NCBI GenBank assembly: GCA_964016885.1
Contig: OZ024764.1
Coordinates: forward strand, 20,088,001-20,152,000
Length of the DNA: 64,000 nucleotides
Reading direction: 5' to 3'
Origin: Eledone cirrhosa
Taxonomy: Eukaryota
The notes under the pieces are model-generated. The model made no database searches and had not been told where the DNA came from. It was given only the letters and a program-made list of their open reading frames with translations. Below are positions 25,303 through 39,281 of this stretch, piece after piece. Each line of letters opens with the position of its first letter. Positions within the stretch are counted from its first letter, which is position 1. A program made the position numbers and the translations under genes.

Positions 25303-25704
25303 TTTGTTACTAAATACTAGATATTAGAGGGTCATGTTGTTCTAGATGTGCTGGAAGAGCCATTCCATCTTGTGAGGCTCACACCAGCAGCTAGCCACCT
25401 CAGCACCTATGGTGGTATATTTATTATATTATTTATTCTTTACCATTAACATTAATATAAAAGATAATTATATATTTTTAGAGAAGAACCTCTAATTTCA
25501 TATAGCTTAGGGCTTCAGTAGGTAAAAGTCTGGCCCTGCTTGTCCTGTATTTTTTAGGGGAGAAGTTAGGGAATACTGTTATTGTGTGAAAGTTTTCTAA
25601 ATCTTCAGCCACTAACATGGAGAAGATATTTCAGTAAGAAGGTTCACATCCTGACATCTATAGCTGTTAACAATGAGATTGGAATTCATTATAAAACAAA
25701 TGTT

Positions 25705-26395
25705 ATATCATCATCACTGTTTAACATCAGCTTTTTCACACTGGCATGGGTTAGACGAGTTATCCTGTTGTAAGCAAGGCCAGGTCAGGTGATCACGTGT
25801 TGCTTCTACAGAACAAATTTTGGATTGGTTTCTACAGCTTGGTGCATCAACCTTATTTACATTAAGTACTGGGTGCATTTTACCATCTCACCATCACGAC
25901 CACTTTACAGTGTGGGCTGGGTGCTTTTTGTTGTGACAGCTACATGACCACTTTAAAGTGTGCGTTGGGTGCTTTTTGTTGTGACACCTACATGACCACT
26001 TTACAGTTTGGACTGGGTACTTTTTGTTGTGACACCTACATGACCACGTTACAGTGTGGGCTGGGTGCTTTTTGCCATGACACCTACGTAACCGCTTTAC
26101 AGTGTGGGCTGGTTTTTTTTGTCATATCACCTACATGACCAGTTTATAGTGTTGGCTGTGTGTTCTTTACAGTGTGGGCTGGTTTCTTTTTGTCATATCA
26201 CCTACATGACCACCTTATAGTGTTGGCTGTGTGTTCTTTGCGGTGTGGGCTGGTTTCTTTTTGTCATATCACCTACATGACCACCTTATAATGTTGACTG
26301 TGTGTTCTTTGCAGTGTGGGCTGGTTTCTTTTTGTCATATCGCCTACCCAACCACTTTGCAGTGTGGGCAGTGAAATATCAGTAATGCACCAGCT
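25705..26395 (-). mobile_element. RTE 3'-UTR-derived sequence with expanded internal tandem repeats
   Basis: Reverse complement of the 4860-5219 motifs (catcatca tail, gcatgggttagacg, cagtgtgggctgg repeats); paralogs at 39690-40455 and 43403-43945. Confidence 0.75.
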
Positions 26396-26399
26396 CCAA

Positions 26400-26910
26400 T
26401 ATTCAGTAATCAGAAGAAGGGAGGTAGGCATAAAAGCCAAACTTGCTGTCTTCAATTAGATTTTTGTGCCAACCCTTACCTATGGTCACATATCTTGGGT
26501 AATGACCAAAATAATATGATTGGGAATACAAATGGCAGATATGGGATTCCTCTGAAGGGTCTTTGAAGGAACTTTTCTCAATAAAGTGCATAGCTCCTCA
26601 GAGCGTCACTCCAGGTTCAGCTGTTACTTCTCCTAATTGAGACATCACAGCTGCAATACTATGGCCATGTGGTTAGAATGTCTGAGGAAAGAATCACTGG
26701 ATACATTTTACAGGCAAAACTAACCGGCAGGAGACCCAGGGGTAGACCTGAGCAAGATGGTCACATAACATCCATGAGCTTGGCTGGTCTCTCTGGGAGA
26801 TCCAGCCAGATCAGTTGGAGTGGGTTGCTTCTGACAGGACCTGTTGAAGGGAGTGTTTGAGGACTCTGCCCCCAAGACCCTTTATGGAATAAGTGGGTTA
26901 ATAAGAAGAG
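26400..26910 (+). mobile_element. Old LINE 3' fragment
   Basis: PTLTYG, YGHVVRM, GRRPRGRP motifs; paralog at 40460-40970. Confidence 0.65.
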
Positions 26911-27200
26911 GTTGAGGTTACATGATCAACATCAGATTTCCCTGCTAGCAAGGATTTAATGAGTCTACTTCAACCAAGTAAGTACTGAAGTGAGGCTACT
27001 GATCTCCCAGACAGACCAAGGATCTGAGACTTATTTACATAAGGTCTCATTAGCTACTGAGTGCACAGAAAAGGTTGTCATGTCTTTGTCATGATTGAAG
27101 GGTTCTCCGACACTATTGTCGGGCAAGCTTTCTATGGCTAGATGTCCTTCACATGACCAACCACATTACAGCCTGTGTTGGGTGTGTTTATCATGTAGGT

Positions 27201-29045
27201 GAGGCATAACAAACTGAGGGTTCCCCAAGGGCCACATAGGTCACATGTGTTGTCTGAGGGTTGCACAGTGCAACTAATTATGTACATTACAACTAATTAA
27301 AGTCATTTAATAAAATATATTGCAGAAAGATTTGTTACTTAAATTTAGAAACATACAATGTACATACAAATGTTTTAGCAGCATTCATGAATACAAAGTA
27401 ATGAAGTAGTTTGACAAAAAACTAGAATTTAACATGTCAACATATACTTGCAGATTATAACAGCAACAAATACATTGTACACAAATAACAACAGTTGAAA
27501 ACTGAACATTTATTTGCTACTATTCAACCATTTTTAGTGTTTTGTCCTGAGGCTTGACACTTCTTTCTGTTGACAATTTTTGGTATATCTGGCTGAAATG
27601 TCTGTACAGTTCCAACTTTGATCAGATGACAAGTGTTGATCTGTCAGCCTTGTTCTCTGAGAATTTTTTGTTAAGCTAAGTACAGACTCAGTATGGGCAG
27701 TGATTTTCAGCTCTTTGAAATTAAAAAAATGAATTAAATTTTCATCTGACAACGGAGACTTCCATAAGCTAAGTTTTCTAATGAACAACTTGATGTCATC
27801 ATACAACTGAGTGATGGGTTTGTTTTTACCTTGTAATTTCAAATTAAGATCAGTTAATTGTGCAGTAATATCCACAACAAAAGCCAGATGTTGGAGCCAA
27901 CTTTCATCTTTTATTTCATCTGTGTTTTGACCTTTCATCTCCAAAAACATAATTATTTCAACAAATAGAATCTTTTCAGCACTTTGTGACATGTCAACCA
28001 GCAGACTTCTGTGTAGAATGGAACATCGGTGAACTGATTATCCATATCTTCCAACAACTGGCTGAACTGACGGTGGTTGCGAGCACGGCCTCTGATTTAC
28101 TTTACTGTCTTTGTGACCAAGCTAAGCACATGATGCAATTTTAAAATCTTTGAACATAAATTTTGCTGATGAATAATAGTGAAAATGTGCAAATGATGAA
28201 TCTAGATATGAGTTTTCTATTTTTGTTTGTAACTATAAATATTAAATTCACTGTCACAGGCCCTGATAAAGAATGCAATCTGTACTATTCCAGTGATGTC
28301 AACAGTCTCATCAATAGCAATAGAAACATGTTCAAACCTTGATGATACAGCCTTTAACTGTTGTTTCAGATCACCTGACATTTCATTAATCTGTTCAGCA
28401 ACAGTGTTCCTGGTTAATGAAATGTCTTTGAATAACTCTGCTTTCTCTGGACAATTTCAGCTGTTTTTACAAGACATTGCTTTACAAAATCTCCTTCACT
28501 GTAAGATTTCCCACTCATGGCAATCATTTGACTGAGTTCATAGCTTGCAGTAACGGAAGTGACATTCTCTTCCTGAATTAACATAAAACAGGTCTGTTGC
28601 TGTGTCAAGTTAACCTTCAATTCCTTGAGTCTTGAAACACACATTGGGCCTTCATATTTATCGTAAGATCGAGGGTTTGTTTCATAATGTCTTTTTAAAT
28701 TGTACTCTTTTGGCGTGGAGATGTAGTTGTTGCAAATTAAACAGTGTATGTTTCTGTTCACCATTGGGCAAAAATACTGTAATTCCCACTTTTCTTGAAA
28801 CACTTGCCCTTCTTAGTTCAATTTCCTTTTTCTCTTTGCTGGAGGAGCACTAACCATTTCAAAAACAAAATCTTTTGAAATTTTGAAAGAAAGTTTTCTG
28901 TTAATGAGCTGCACGTGAAAAGTAGTTGACAAAATTTGCAAAAAAAAAATAATTGTATCGAAAATGTTTTAAATTTTATATTACGAAAATGAAACATGGT
29001 TGCACTGTAAAAACCTTAGTGTGGGCCGCATGTTTGACATGTCTG
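27201..29045 (-). mobile_element. hAT transposon (Charlie/SPIN, GTF2IRD2-like transposase), degenerate
   Basis: 8-bp TSD ATGTAGGT at 27193-27200 and 29046-29053; imperfect TIRs gaggcataacaaac / gtttgacatgtctg; FQEKWE..CLIC..KEYNLKRHYET, LAFVVDIT..LNLKLQG. Confidence 0.9.
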
Positions 29046-29856
29046 ATGTAGGTTACCAACACTAGGGAGGGCAGCATGTCCTTCAGTGTGTTCTGCTACA
29101 TTAACTACCAGGAGATCACCACATGAGACAAAGACTACATTTCAAAGAAGGGTCATAAAAGAACTAAATACGAAAGTACCCACAGCAAAAAGCAAATAAT
29201 TGAGCTTTGGGTCTAGGTCAAGGGGCAGAAGTGCTGCGCCCTGTGGATAAGACTGCAAAAGTATTCGCCCCGGACGATGGACAGTGACACCCACTGCAAC
29301 AGCCACCCCAACCTCATGGGGCTCCCTCTTCAGAAGAGCCACCAACGTTCTGATCTTACAGAGGAGCTTGGCAGTACGGGGTCCAAGTACTTCTGAGGTC
29401 TCGATGGTGACCGGTGTGAAGAGACCTACCTACAATTGATGTCATCCCAGTTATGTTGGACTGTAATATACTGGGGTATAGAGAGGCCTTAACCTGTCAC
29501 AGCCGGGCCACCCAGGGTTGTGTCATCTATGTACCAGACAGGGGTAACTAGACCATGTTGTCAACTGTCAGCACCAATAGGAGTGAGGCGAGTGGGTCCC
29601 CTTGCTAGAGACCATATATAAAACGTATTTGCTAATTACTTTAATGAATAATTTGTTTCATACGTAATTATTACTTTTAACACAATAGGATTTTGTACAC
29701 GTGTTTGTTTGAAAACATCTTTCAAAGAAGTATGAGACAGTCTTTTGTAGTGTTTATTATAATAAATTACTGTATGTTGAGCTGTTTTAACTTCTCCACC
29801 TTCTATTATTTCATATTGTTTTTGTAAAAAACCAGATCTTTTTCATATATATATAT

Positions 29857-30080
29857 GAAGGCGTGTGGCTGAGTGGTTAGAGAATTGGATTCGGAATTGT
29901 GAGATTGTGAGTTCGATTCTCAGACTGGGCGATGCGTTATGTCCTTGAGCAAGACACTTTATTTCACGTTGCTCCTTCTACCTGGAGTTGCGACCGATAG
30001 ATAGTATTAGCAATTGGAAAGAAAAATGGAAACATTGTTTCCTCGGTCCGATTTGACGAAAAGTCGATCATAAAAAAATA
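29857..30080 (+). mobile_element. tRNA-derived SINE
   Basis: A box TGGCTGAGTGG (29866), B box GTTCGATTC (29911), gtccttgagcaagacactt body, flanked by (TA)n. Confidence 0.82.
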
Positions 30081-30089
30081 TATATATAT

Positions 30090-31642
30090 AGAGAGAGAGA
30101 AACACAAACATACACTACTGTATTACATATGTAAGGGGAGACAACTCTCGTTACATCCACCCTACTTTTTGAAATACGTCCATTAAATACTTTGTACAAT
30201 GGAACCTGCTTTATTTTGTGTCCTAAGTAGATTTCTGTTTAAGCATTTACGAGATTCACAATGATTCACGGAACCAAGTTACTTACATAGAGATATATTT
30301 CACATAGAATCACAACAAATGAAAATATTAAGTCAACACTCTGTCAATCAGTCTCACATCACATGGGGTGCGGAGTCTCCCTCTAATACTTTCTGAGACA
30401 GTCTTACCTCGAGTGATAGCAAGGCTAAGATGTTGGAACTACCAAACACCCTCATATGTATTACCTGACACCTCGGTAAGGAGAGCTGCCAACGATAACA
30501 AGAACCTCGTTGTCAGGGACCTATCTCCTCCAAACTTCTCCAACACCACAGACTAGAATATTCTACTCTTTATTCCCTATCAAATATATTTCAGTCTAGT
30601 CATTTATCTTGTATCTTGTATATGTATTTTCAAAACTAACTGTCACATTTGTGAGACCCCAGTTAGTGATGTTTTCGTCTCCCTCCCACATCCTACATGC
30701 TGTAGTAAAAGTGAGGGTCACTGCTTCTGTAGAAGAACGAAATAAAAGTTAAACTACCAGTAATTATCGACAAAGTATTTATTCCAGTCTGTGATGTTTG
30801 AGAAGCTGGGCTGCTGACAACGAAGTTGTGGTCACTGTTGGCGGCTGGCTTTACCGAAGTACCCGATGACTCTTGTGAGGGTATTTAGCTGTTCTGGCGG
30901 TTTAGCCTCCATATGACCCGATCTTACCGAAGAACCCGGTGATCTCTGTAAGAGTACTTAGCTGTTCTATTTTAATTACATTTACTGTTTTCACCTTTAT
31001 TTTTTTTTATTACAAACTTTATGTAATTTAATTCGGTAAAAATATTTTTACGTCACAAAAAAACTTGACCTTTGACATTGAAGCATGCGCAGTGGTGCAG
31101 TTGTCGACTTCCTGTCCACGTGTTAGTCTTCCTACAACATCATTTAGAAAACATTTCTGTAAATACTAAACACCTGAGACTATAATGTAAGTATTATGTC
31201 TATTAATATTGTAGATTTAAGCTCACTTTTCACATCACAAATATATATTTTCTTGTTTGTTTCATTACTGGAAATATAAAATGTTATCGTAATTATCTAT
31301 ATTTTACCTACCTCTAATTAATTAAAGTGAAAACTTTTGTTGTTCCTCAAAAATAAATTAACAAAACTAAATATTTAAATATTCTAAAGGTCGTTTTTAT
31401 ATTATGTGATGATATAATTAATATATTTTATTACAATTGTATAAATTTACAGTAGAATAACGTTGTAAATATGTTTTAAATATATACATAAATAACGTGT
31501 GTAAATAACATTATAAATTGCTGGCAATTCCTTGAGAAAGACATTACAAATATATTGTCTAAACTGTGTATAATAATATAATTTATTGAACAATAATGAT
31601 AAAGGAAAGAAAAACACAGTGGGAGATAGCAATTGACCACCA
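30090..31642 (+). repeat. Duplication block with Merlin derivative copy 3 and promoter module (31048-31192)
   Basis: Matches 5220-6098, 6426-6698 and 13210-13600; GCATGCGCA at 31083, donor at 31187. Confidence 0.85.
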
Positions 31643-32379
31643 AACGAGGTAAACATTTTCAACTTTCCCCCTTTTCTTGCTTTGTCCGAGACAACTCAAA
31701 ATATTCTTCAAGGAACTGGATTTTCCATTCGGTTGGATCGAACGGATTTTACCATTTATAATCTACGGAGAGGCATAACAGATGTTCGGAGGAAAAAAGA
31801 ATTGTTTGTGTCAACAACGTAGGGAACCAACCTGGAGCAATTGTATCACACAATTATACTTTCCTCCTTAACATACACTTACAATTTTTCAAAATCAAAC
31901 CCTCCAAATATAAAATATAAATAATTATAAATGGCGAGGAACCATCCCATCTCCCTCTTGAAATAACCTGAATCTATTTATAGTCAGGTGTGACTGAAAG
32001 GTCAATCCATACTTCCATTCTATTTCACAGAATTAGAAGCTTTGACCACTTGATAGAATTCAGGTCCAGTAATGTAATCACTCCGTAATTGTAAACATCT
32101 TGTATCACTATCATTCAGGTTTTGATTTTACTTAAGTCTTGCCCATGTTTTTTTTTTTTTTTCTTTTTTTTTTACACAACCTCACAATTTCGGTTTTTAC
32201 TGCGGATCTACCCATGCGAACTATTACACAAACTCACAGCCTTAGATTTTGTATTTCTAGCGTTTTTATTTTCCTTCTCTTTGCATGTTCAGTGCTCTTT
32301 CTCTCCCACTGTATTTATCTGCCTCTCACATGACCACACTCCTCTCTACGCACTCATCATCTTCTCACTCCTTCTACAC

Positions 32380-33850
32380 CTTCCATCGCTGGCCCTCTAC
32401 TGCCGGCTGTTGCCAGCCCGCCACCTGATTGCGCCCTCTGTGCCCGCACTAACCAGTACTTAAAGACAATTAAATGTCACCTATGCCACACAAGCTACCA
32501 CAGAAGCTGTGTCAGCATCACCAAAGCTCAAGCCGAAAGGCTTCAACACTGGACCTGTCATCGGTGCCACTTCAGCTCCGTCTATTCCGTGGTTTTGACC
32601 AACACTCTACCGACGACTTTGCCAGAGCCCCCCAGGGCTTCTCCAAATCAAAGCTCCTTAGGAGCCCCGATCACAGATCTGGCCTTCGAGTCAACCATCC
32701 AATCGAAGATGGTTGGCCTTGAGCAGCTGCTGAGGAATATTGAAGATATCGAACCCCATCAAAGTTTCTTCTTACTCAGGAACTACCTGTCTATTCCTAA
32801 GCTTCTGTATCTGCTCAGGGTCAGCCCCTCTCACAGATTTCCATCCTGCCTCCAACGCTTCGACGACCTAATCTTCGAGAGACTCGAGTGTCTGGTCAAT
32901 GTTAGTAAGTGTTCGTCCCTCTCTCTCCCCTGCTTCCTTTCCTCCACCCAAGCTTGCAGCATCCTGTCCTCTCCAACATGGACTAGTTCCAACAGGGAGT
33001 TGTGTGAAGCTCTCCAGCAATGAGTTGGGCTTGTCTCTTCCTGAGAAGGTGGAGGACAGTCGAAGTCAGAGAACTTGGGACAGGATACGTTGGAATGCCA
33101 CCTTCGACTCCCTCTTTGTCCTCTCAGATCAGTTTACAAGGTGCCGCTTACCTTCTACCAGCGCCAAATACTCCGGTGACTGGGTCGATGCCTTACCCGT
33201 GGCCAACGTTGGAGGCCTACTCAGCCTGGATGAACTTCGTGTCTCCATCACCCTCAGAGTGGGAGCTGACGTCTGCATGGGTTTGAGATGTGGCTAACTC
33301 CTCGACTCCACAGGCCCCCACAGTCTTTCTTGCTGCCTGAATGCCGGCCACTTTGCCCGTCACACAGAGCTAAACTTTATTCTGAAGAGAGCTTTGGCCC
33401 GGGCAAACATCCCCTCGGTCTTGGAACCATCTGGGTTGTCCAGAAGTGACGGCAAAAGACCTGACGGCCTTACCCTGTGCCCCTGGTCGAGAGATAGGTG
33501 CTTAATCTGGGACGTCACTGTTAGTGACTCCTTTGCTCTTTCCCACATCCTTGATGCTGCGGTAAGGACGAGAGCCACAGCTTCGGCAGCCGAGCGGAGT
33601 AAGACCCTCAAATACTCTGATCTGTCGGCCAGCTACATTTTTCAGCCTGTGGGTTTCGTGACGTTTGGGGGAGTCGGGCCGCTGACTGCGAGTTTCCTTT
33701 CTTCACTGGCGGCTCGCCTTGTAGAGGTAACTGGCGAAATCGCGAGGGCGCTTGGCTGTTCCAGCACTTCAGCCCCGCCATCACCCGAGGTAACACTGTC
33801 AGTGTGCTGGCTTGCCTCAATACTCATTAGAGAGGTTTCCCAGTACCCCT
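32380..33850 (+). mobile_element. CRE-like non-LTR retrotransposon fragment (RT end, CCHC, restriction-like endonuclease)
   Basis: LLRNYLSIPKLLYLLR, SGDWVDALP..G, R.G...RCG..D..G.H.LSC, RH..LN, LEPSGL.RSDGKRPDGLT..PW...L.WDVT..D, AE..K..KY. Confidence 0.85.
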
Positions 33851-34622
33851 CGTTGCTGTCTTTTGCTCTGGTGTTGGCTCCGTTGTCCACCCCTTCCTTT
33901 ACATTTTCTTTAATATTGCAACATTGAAGGAATTTATCTTTCATTGTATCATCCTTTATCTACAAATCTAGTCGTTTCCTGTTACTTTGTTCCCTGGGGT
34001 ATGCCTTAGTATTTGACACCATCTATCTGTCTTACTCCCTAACTAGCAAGAAGTCAATCTGTCTCATGTGCTCACCTGATTGGTAGGTTATTAGGTGGTT
34101 GGTAGGTTTCTTGAAGTGTTGCAAATGGTTAGTTCACTTGCATCACAAAATACAAGAAGACTCACTCCTTCTTCGTTTCTTGAGCCATAACCATGACCAC
34201 CATGTACCCCAGTGTATCCATCCTGGAGCTGTCCAACATGACCATTGAAGTCCCCTGCTATTATAACTAGGTCTCTGTCATTGTGGTTATCTCTACTTAT
34301 TCCTTTTCTACATATGGAGCAGGGCCACTTTCCTGAATGGGTCAGGGTCTTCTCTCCTATCCATTACCACTTTAGTTTTGGCTAAGTATATTCTCAGAAC
34401 TTACCATTTCAAATTCTATATCTATAGTTGGTCATCTACATAGAGAAGTTTCCATAGACAGCCAGTCTTAAACCTCTCTGTTATGGCTTGGAAAACTATG
34501 ATGAACAACAGTGGGCTGAGAACTAAACCATGATGAACTCCTACCTGTACCTTCAATTCCTCACTAAAAACACTTTACTGACAGCTTCTAACAAGCCATT
34601 CTTCTACACCTAATTTCCTTAA

Positions 34623-34828
34623 CCCTTTAGTATATAAACTGGCCATATCTGGCCAGAATTCTCCCACATCTTTCTGTTCAAACTGGCCCTAACTGGTCAC
34701 TTATACTTATGTTAAGGTATTGTTCTCAAAATAAATAACATGAAAATCTCAGATTTGACCTTATGAGAAATAAAGCATTTACTGTGAAAATATAATAGTA
34801 AATATAGAGTAATGTGAATACTAAAGGG
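34623..34828. mobile_element. piggyBac-type MITE, paralog of 20092-20299
   Basis: TTAA|CCCTTTAG...CTAAAGGG|TTAA. Confidence 0.85.
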
Positions 34829-34829
34829 T

Positions 34830-35087
34830 TAATCTAATGTCACTAATAACTACTTTTATCAGTCAGTTTAATCTAATGTCACTAATAACTACTTTTATCA
34901 GTCAGTTTAATCTAATGTCACTAATAACTACTTTTATCAGTCAGTATAATCTACTGCCACTAATAACTACTTTTATCAGTCAGTTTAATCTACTGCCACT
35001 AATAACTACTTTTATCAGTCAGTATAATCTACTGCCACTAATAGCTACTTTTATCAGTCAGTATAATCTACTGCCACTAATAACTAA
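34830..35087 (+). repeat. 39-bp tandem repeat, ~6.5 units
   Basis: Same unit as 20301-20948. Confidence 0.95.
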
Positions 35088-35441
35088 CCTATGTTAGTCA
35101 GCACATTCTTCACCAAGGAAGGCCTTAGTATTTATTACAGTCCATTTATCAATATAGAAATATTATATGAAATTTGTACTGATGTATTACAAGTTTCTCA
35201 GTATCTTATAATGTTCTTTTATTATTTCAGAATACCAGAGGACATTGGCATTAAAGAGCACGTTACATCAGACATATCCTCAATATTAACCACTTCTAAT
35301 GAAAGACACTACCCATCATTTTCAAATAATTTTGAAAACACTCAACACTTTGAAGTGATTTAGTAATATAACTAAATTTCTCAGTATTAAGTTGTGAATT
35401 ATGTGAGAAACTGAGGTGATTGATACCTTTTAGTAGGAGAT

Positions 35442-36539
35442 ATGTCGAAAAATATAGTAAAATCACCATTCCACTGTGATATCTGTGGTAAATCATTCTC
35501 TCGTAGTAATCACCTAACTACTCACAGACGTATTCATACAGGAGAAGAGCCATTCCACTGTGATATCTGTGGTAAATCATTCTCTCAGAGTAATCACCTA
35601 ACTACTCACAGACGTATTCATACAGGAGAAGAGCCATTCCACTGTGATATCTGTGGTAAATCATTCTCTCGGAGTAATCACCTAACTATTCATACAGGAG
35701 AGAAACCATATCACTGTGATATCTGTGGTAAAACGTTCTCTAAAAATAATAACCTAACTACTCACAAACGTATTCATACAGGAGAGAACCCATATGATTG
35801 TGATATCTGTGGTAAATCATTCCCTTGTAGTCAGCACCTAACCACTCACAAACGTATTCATACAGGAGAGAAGCCATATCAATGTGATATCTGTGATAAA
35901 TCATTCAGTGACAGTAGTAGCTTCAGTGTTCACAAACAAATTCATACAGGAGAGAAGCCACATGACTGTGACATCTGTGGTAAATCATTCAGTCACAGAA
36001 ATACCTTAACTACCCACAAACGTATTCATACAGGAGAGAAGCCATATCACTGTGATATCTGTGGTAATTCATTCTCTCAGAGTAATCACCTAACTACTCA
36101 CAAACGTATTCATACAGGAGAGAAGCCATATCAATGTGATATCTGTGATAAATCATTCAGTGACAGTAGTAGCTTCAGTGTTCACAAACAAATTCATACA
36201 GGAGAGAAGCCACATCACTGTGACATCTGTGGTAAATCATTCGGTAATAGAAGTAGCTTAGCTAACCACAAACGTACTCATACAGGAGAGAAGACATATC
36301 ACTGTGACATCTGTGGTAAATCATTCTCTCATAGTCATAACCTAACTACCCACAAACGTACTCATACAGGAGAGAAGCCATATCACTGTGACATCTGTGA
36401 TAAATCATTCTCTCATACCTTAACTACCCACAAACGTACTCATACAGGAGAGAAGCCATATCACTGTGACATCTGTGGTAAATCATTCTCTCAAAGTGGT
36501 ACCTTAACCAAGCATGTGCGTCTTCATACAGAAGTTTAG
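35442..36539 (+). CDS. Tandem C2H2 zinc-finger protein, 13 finger units (3 and 12 shortened)
   Basis: 365-aa ORF with the same [12 protein letters not shown] start as 21904; TGEKP linkers; AATAAA at 36809. Confidence 0.92.
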   Translation: MSKNIVKSPFHCDICGKSFSRSNHLTTHRRIHTGEEPFHCDICGKSFSQSNHLTTHRRIHTGEEPFHCDICGKSFSRSNHLTIHTGEKPYHCDICGKTFSKNNNLTTHKRIHTGENPYDCDICGKSFPCSQHLTTHKRIHTGEKPYQCDICDKSFSDSSSFSVHKQIHTGEKPHDCDICGKSFSHRNTLTTHKRIHTGEKPYHCDICGNSFSQSNHLTTHKRIHTGEKPYQCDICDKSFSDSSSFSVHKQIHTGEKPHHCDICGKSFGNRSSLANHKRTHTGEKTYHCDICGKSFSHSHNLTTHKRTHTGEKPYHCDICDKSFSHTLTTHKRTHTGEKPYHCDICGKSFSQSGTLTKHVRLHTEV

Positions 36540-37017
36540 CTGTATCAATATCAAACTCATTACATCATACTACAACAACAACAACAATTGTGTAGATCCA
36601 TCATCCTTGCTAAAACTGGGGTTAACCTTGTAGGTTTTACCTATGACAGGGATCATAAACACCAGGTTTCCATTTTTGAAGTAGTGTTTGAAGATTTTGT
36701 GTAAATTGAAGTTTTTCACATTAAACTTTCATTTATTATACTTTAACAGGTAAGATATATATTTGTATTTTCAGTAAAGGTTTGGGCATTATGTAATTTA
36801 AACCTGCCAATAAAATGAAAACTTTTGTTGTTGTTAGTCAGACATTGATATTAATTCTATTGTCCTGTACATTGTCTCACATATCACAGATTAAACAGAT
36901 TTTAACAATAACAACAGAAATCAATAACTTGTAAGCCTAATATCTAGCTTCCATTTTAACTATTTGATATTGTTGTTCCCCTCCTGTCTCTTCAGGTGTT
37001 TTAGATTTCAACTTCTA

Positions 37018-37208
37018 TCATCATCATCATCATCATCATCATCGTTTTACGTCCGTTCTTCCACGCTAGCATTGGTTAGACGGGGCATATTGTCTATATG
37101 CTTTAGCTTGTACCCATGGGAGGTCGGGTACTCTGTATTACTGCGTGACGCCAGAGGTCACGGACGTGTGTCATTGCCTTTAAGAGGTGTAATTGTGTAT
37201 GGTCGGCA
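37018..37208 (-). mobile_element. Short RTE 3'-end insertion
   Basis: (CAT)n tail; matches 15690-15820; flanked by tctat repeats; empty site at 23705; related junction at 49735. Confidence 0.8.
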
Positions 37209-38566
37209 TCTATCTACTGTACTATTCCATCACCAAGGCAACATTCATCTGGCTGGCAGCTTACATCAACTACAAATCTCATCAGTGGTTCACAACAGGC
37301 TGCCTGAAAGAAACTTCCAGATATCTTCTATGTCATAGCTATCAATCTCCTCCTCCTTATCATATGTATCATGTAGAACATCTCTGAATTTATATTTAAC
37401 GGGGAGATCTTTTACTGTCCTTACCCCTTTTGCTAGATTGTCTTGTACCTCTCTCACAGTCCCTCTAGATCTTATATTTAACAGGGAGATATTTTACTGT
37501 CCCTACCCTTTCCTCTAGATTGTCTTATTACATTCTCACAGTCCCTATATATCATATTTAACAGGGAGATTCTTTACTGTCTCTACCCTTTTCTCTAGGT
37601 TGTCTTGTACCACTCTCACAGTCCCTCTAGATCTTATATTTAACGAAGCTATTTTACTATCCCTACCCTTTTCTCTAGGTTGTCTTGTACCTCTCTCACA
37701 GTCCCTCTAGATCTTATATGTAACAGGGAGGTCTTTTACTCTCCACCCCTTCTATCTCCAGATAGTCTTGTATCTGTCAGTCCCTCTAGATCTTACACCT
37801 AGTATCTAGTCTATGTTGAGTGGTATGTCCTTCTCCAGTAAAGGAGTTAATATTCCCAACCATCTGTCTATCCTGTTTTCTGATGAGAATGAAGTCAATC
37901 TAGTTTATCTCTTCACCTGATTGAAGTAACTAGATGTTTTCCTGTAAGTTAGTGTTGCAGTGTTTGTGTCACCATGTAAGGTTTATATCTATTAATATAG
38001 AGATGTAGTAAAGTTTTCACTGTTGTATCTCTATTTTCTAAATATCTTAATAATGTTTCTCTACTATTTCAGAATATCACATGACCTTGACAGAAAAGAG
38101 TCTTTTAAAGACAACAGAAAGATGTTACATACAAGTGATATAAACTTGTTTAGTCTGTGGTGAATTATGGTGAAATATTTCTTCTAAATTGAGATAAATA
38201 ACAACATATTCCTTTTTCACTGTTTGGAATATTTACAAGATGATTTTACATTCTGATTAAACTTTGGATATTTACAAAGGAGTTTTCAAAGTATTTGGAT
38301 ATTGACAAAGATGACATTTGATAAAATTATGAACAATAGAAATATTTACATCAACATAGGAATATTTTCCAGAAGAGATGGGAAAATCATTATACCACTA
38401 ATCTTTGTGGTAAAGTATTCTCTCTTCTTTATATGTAGAACATCTAACTAAACACTTTAACTAACAAACTATTGTGCTATAGAATTGACAAAGTTGAAGA
38501 ATGTTTAATAAATGTTACAGATTTCTCCAAACTGTCGTTTACTAACTTTAATTTGAAGCTATATTA

Positions 38567-38765
38567 TCTATATACTACTAAAACTCTGTGATTGTGTCTT
38601 GTCCGTAATTTAATACACCTAAAACAGTGCATAATGGGGAAATACTTTGAAAGGAATAAAACAAGTTTTGTATAAATTGGAGCACAGGTTCCCAAGATAC
38701 GGGGTTTTCTGGGTACCTTCATAAATATAGGGAGAGAGCGAGACAGTGGTGGTGTTAAATAAAAT

Positions 38766-38796
<31 letters not shown>

Positions 38797-39281
38797 GATA
38801 TACGTATATATATATATATATATATATATATACGTATGTGCATATATATGTATCTGTATATATATATACGTATGAAGCATATAGACAATATGCCCCCACA
38901 CCCTCCCACTGCAAGGTGGTCGTGGAGGTGCCACGGCAAAAAAGCACCCAGCCCACACTGTAAAGTGGACATGTAGGCGCCACGAAAAAGCACCCAGCAC
39001 TCACTGTAAATGAGGTTGGTGTTAGGAAGGGCATCCAGCTGTAAAAAATCAAGCCAAATCAGTTCCTGTATGAGCAAGGCATGGTCAGCCGACCAGACGC
39101 TGCCCACAACAAGACAACCCGTCTAACCCATGCTAGTGTGGAAAAACGGACGTAAAACGGTGATGATGATGATGATATATATATACGTATGTGTATATTT
39201 TAACTATTTAAAAATTATTTTAAATGACTTTTAAAAAATAGTGATAAAGGAACGTGACCCAACAGGTCCCGGGTGGTCTAG
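38567..39281 (+). mobile_element. Helitron paralog with nested RTE 3' end (~38873-39176)
   Basis: TC...CTAG ends as at 24918-25302; the insert ends in ggacgtaaaacggtgatgatgat and sits in (TA)n. Confidence 0.82.

Noticed and set aside
29857-29935. tRNA gene
   Set aside because: A/B boxes are present but there is no convincing cloverleaf, and it continues into a SINE body found three times.
38564-39107. YIYI/VCVC-rich ORFs (also 8553, 48963, 59441, 62135)
   Set aside because: Translations of TA/TG microsatellites.
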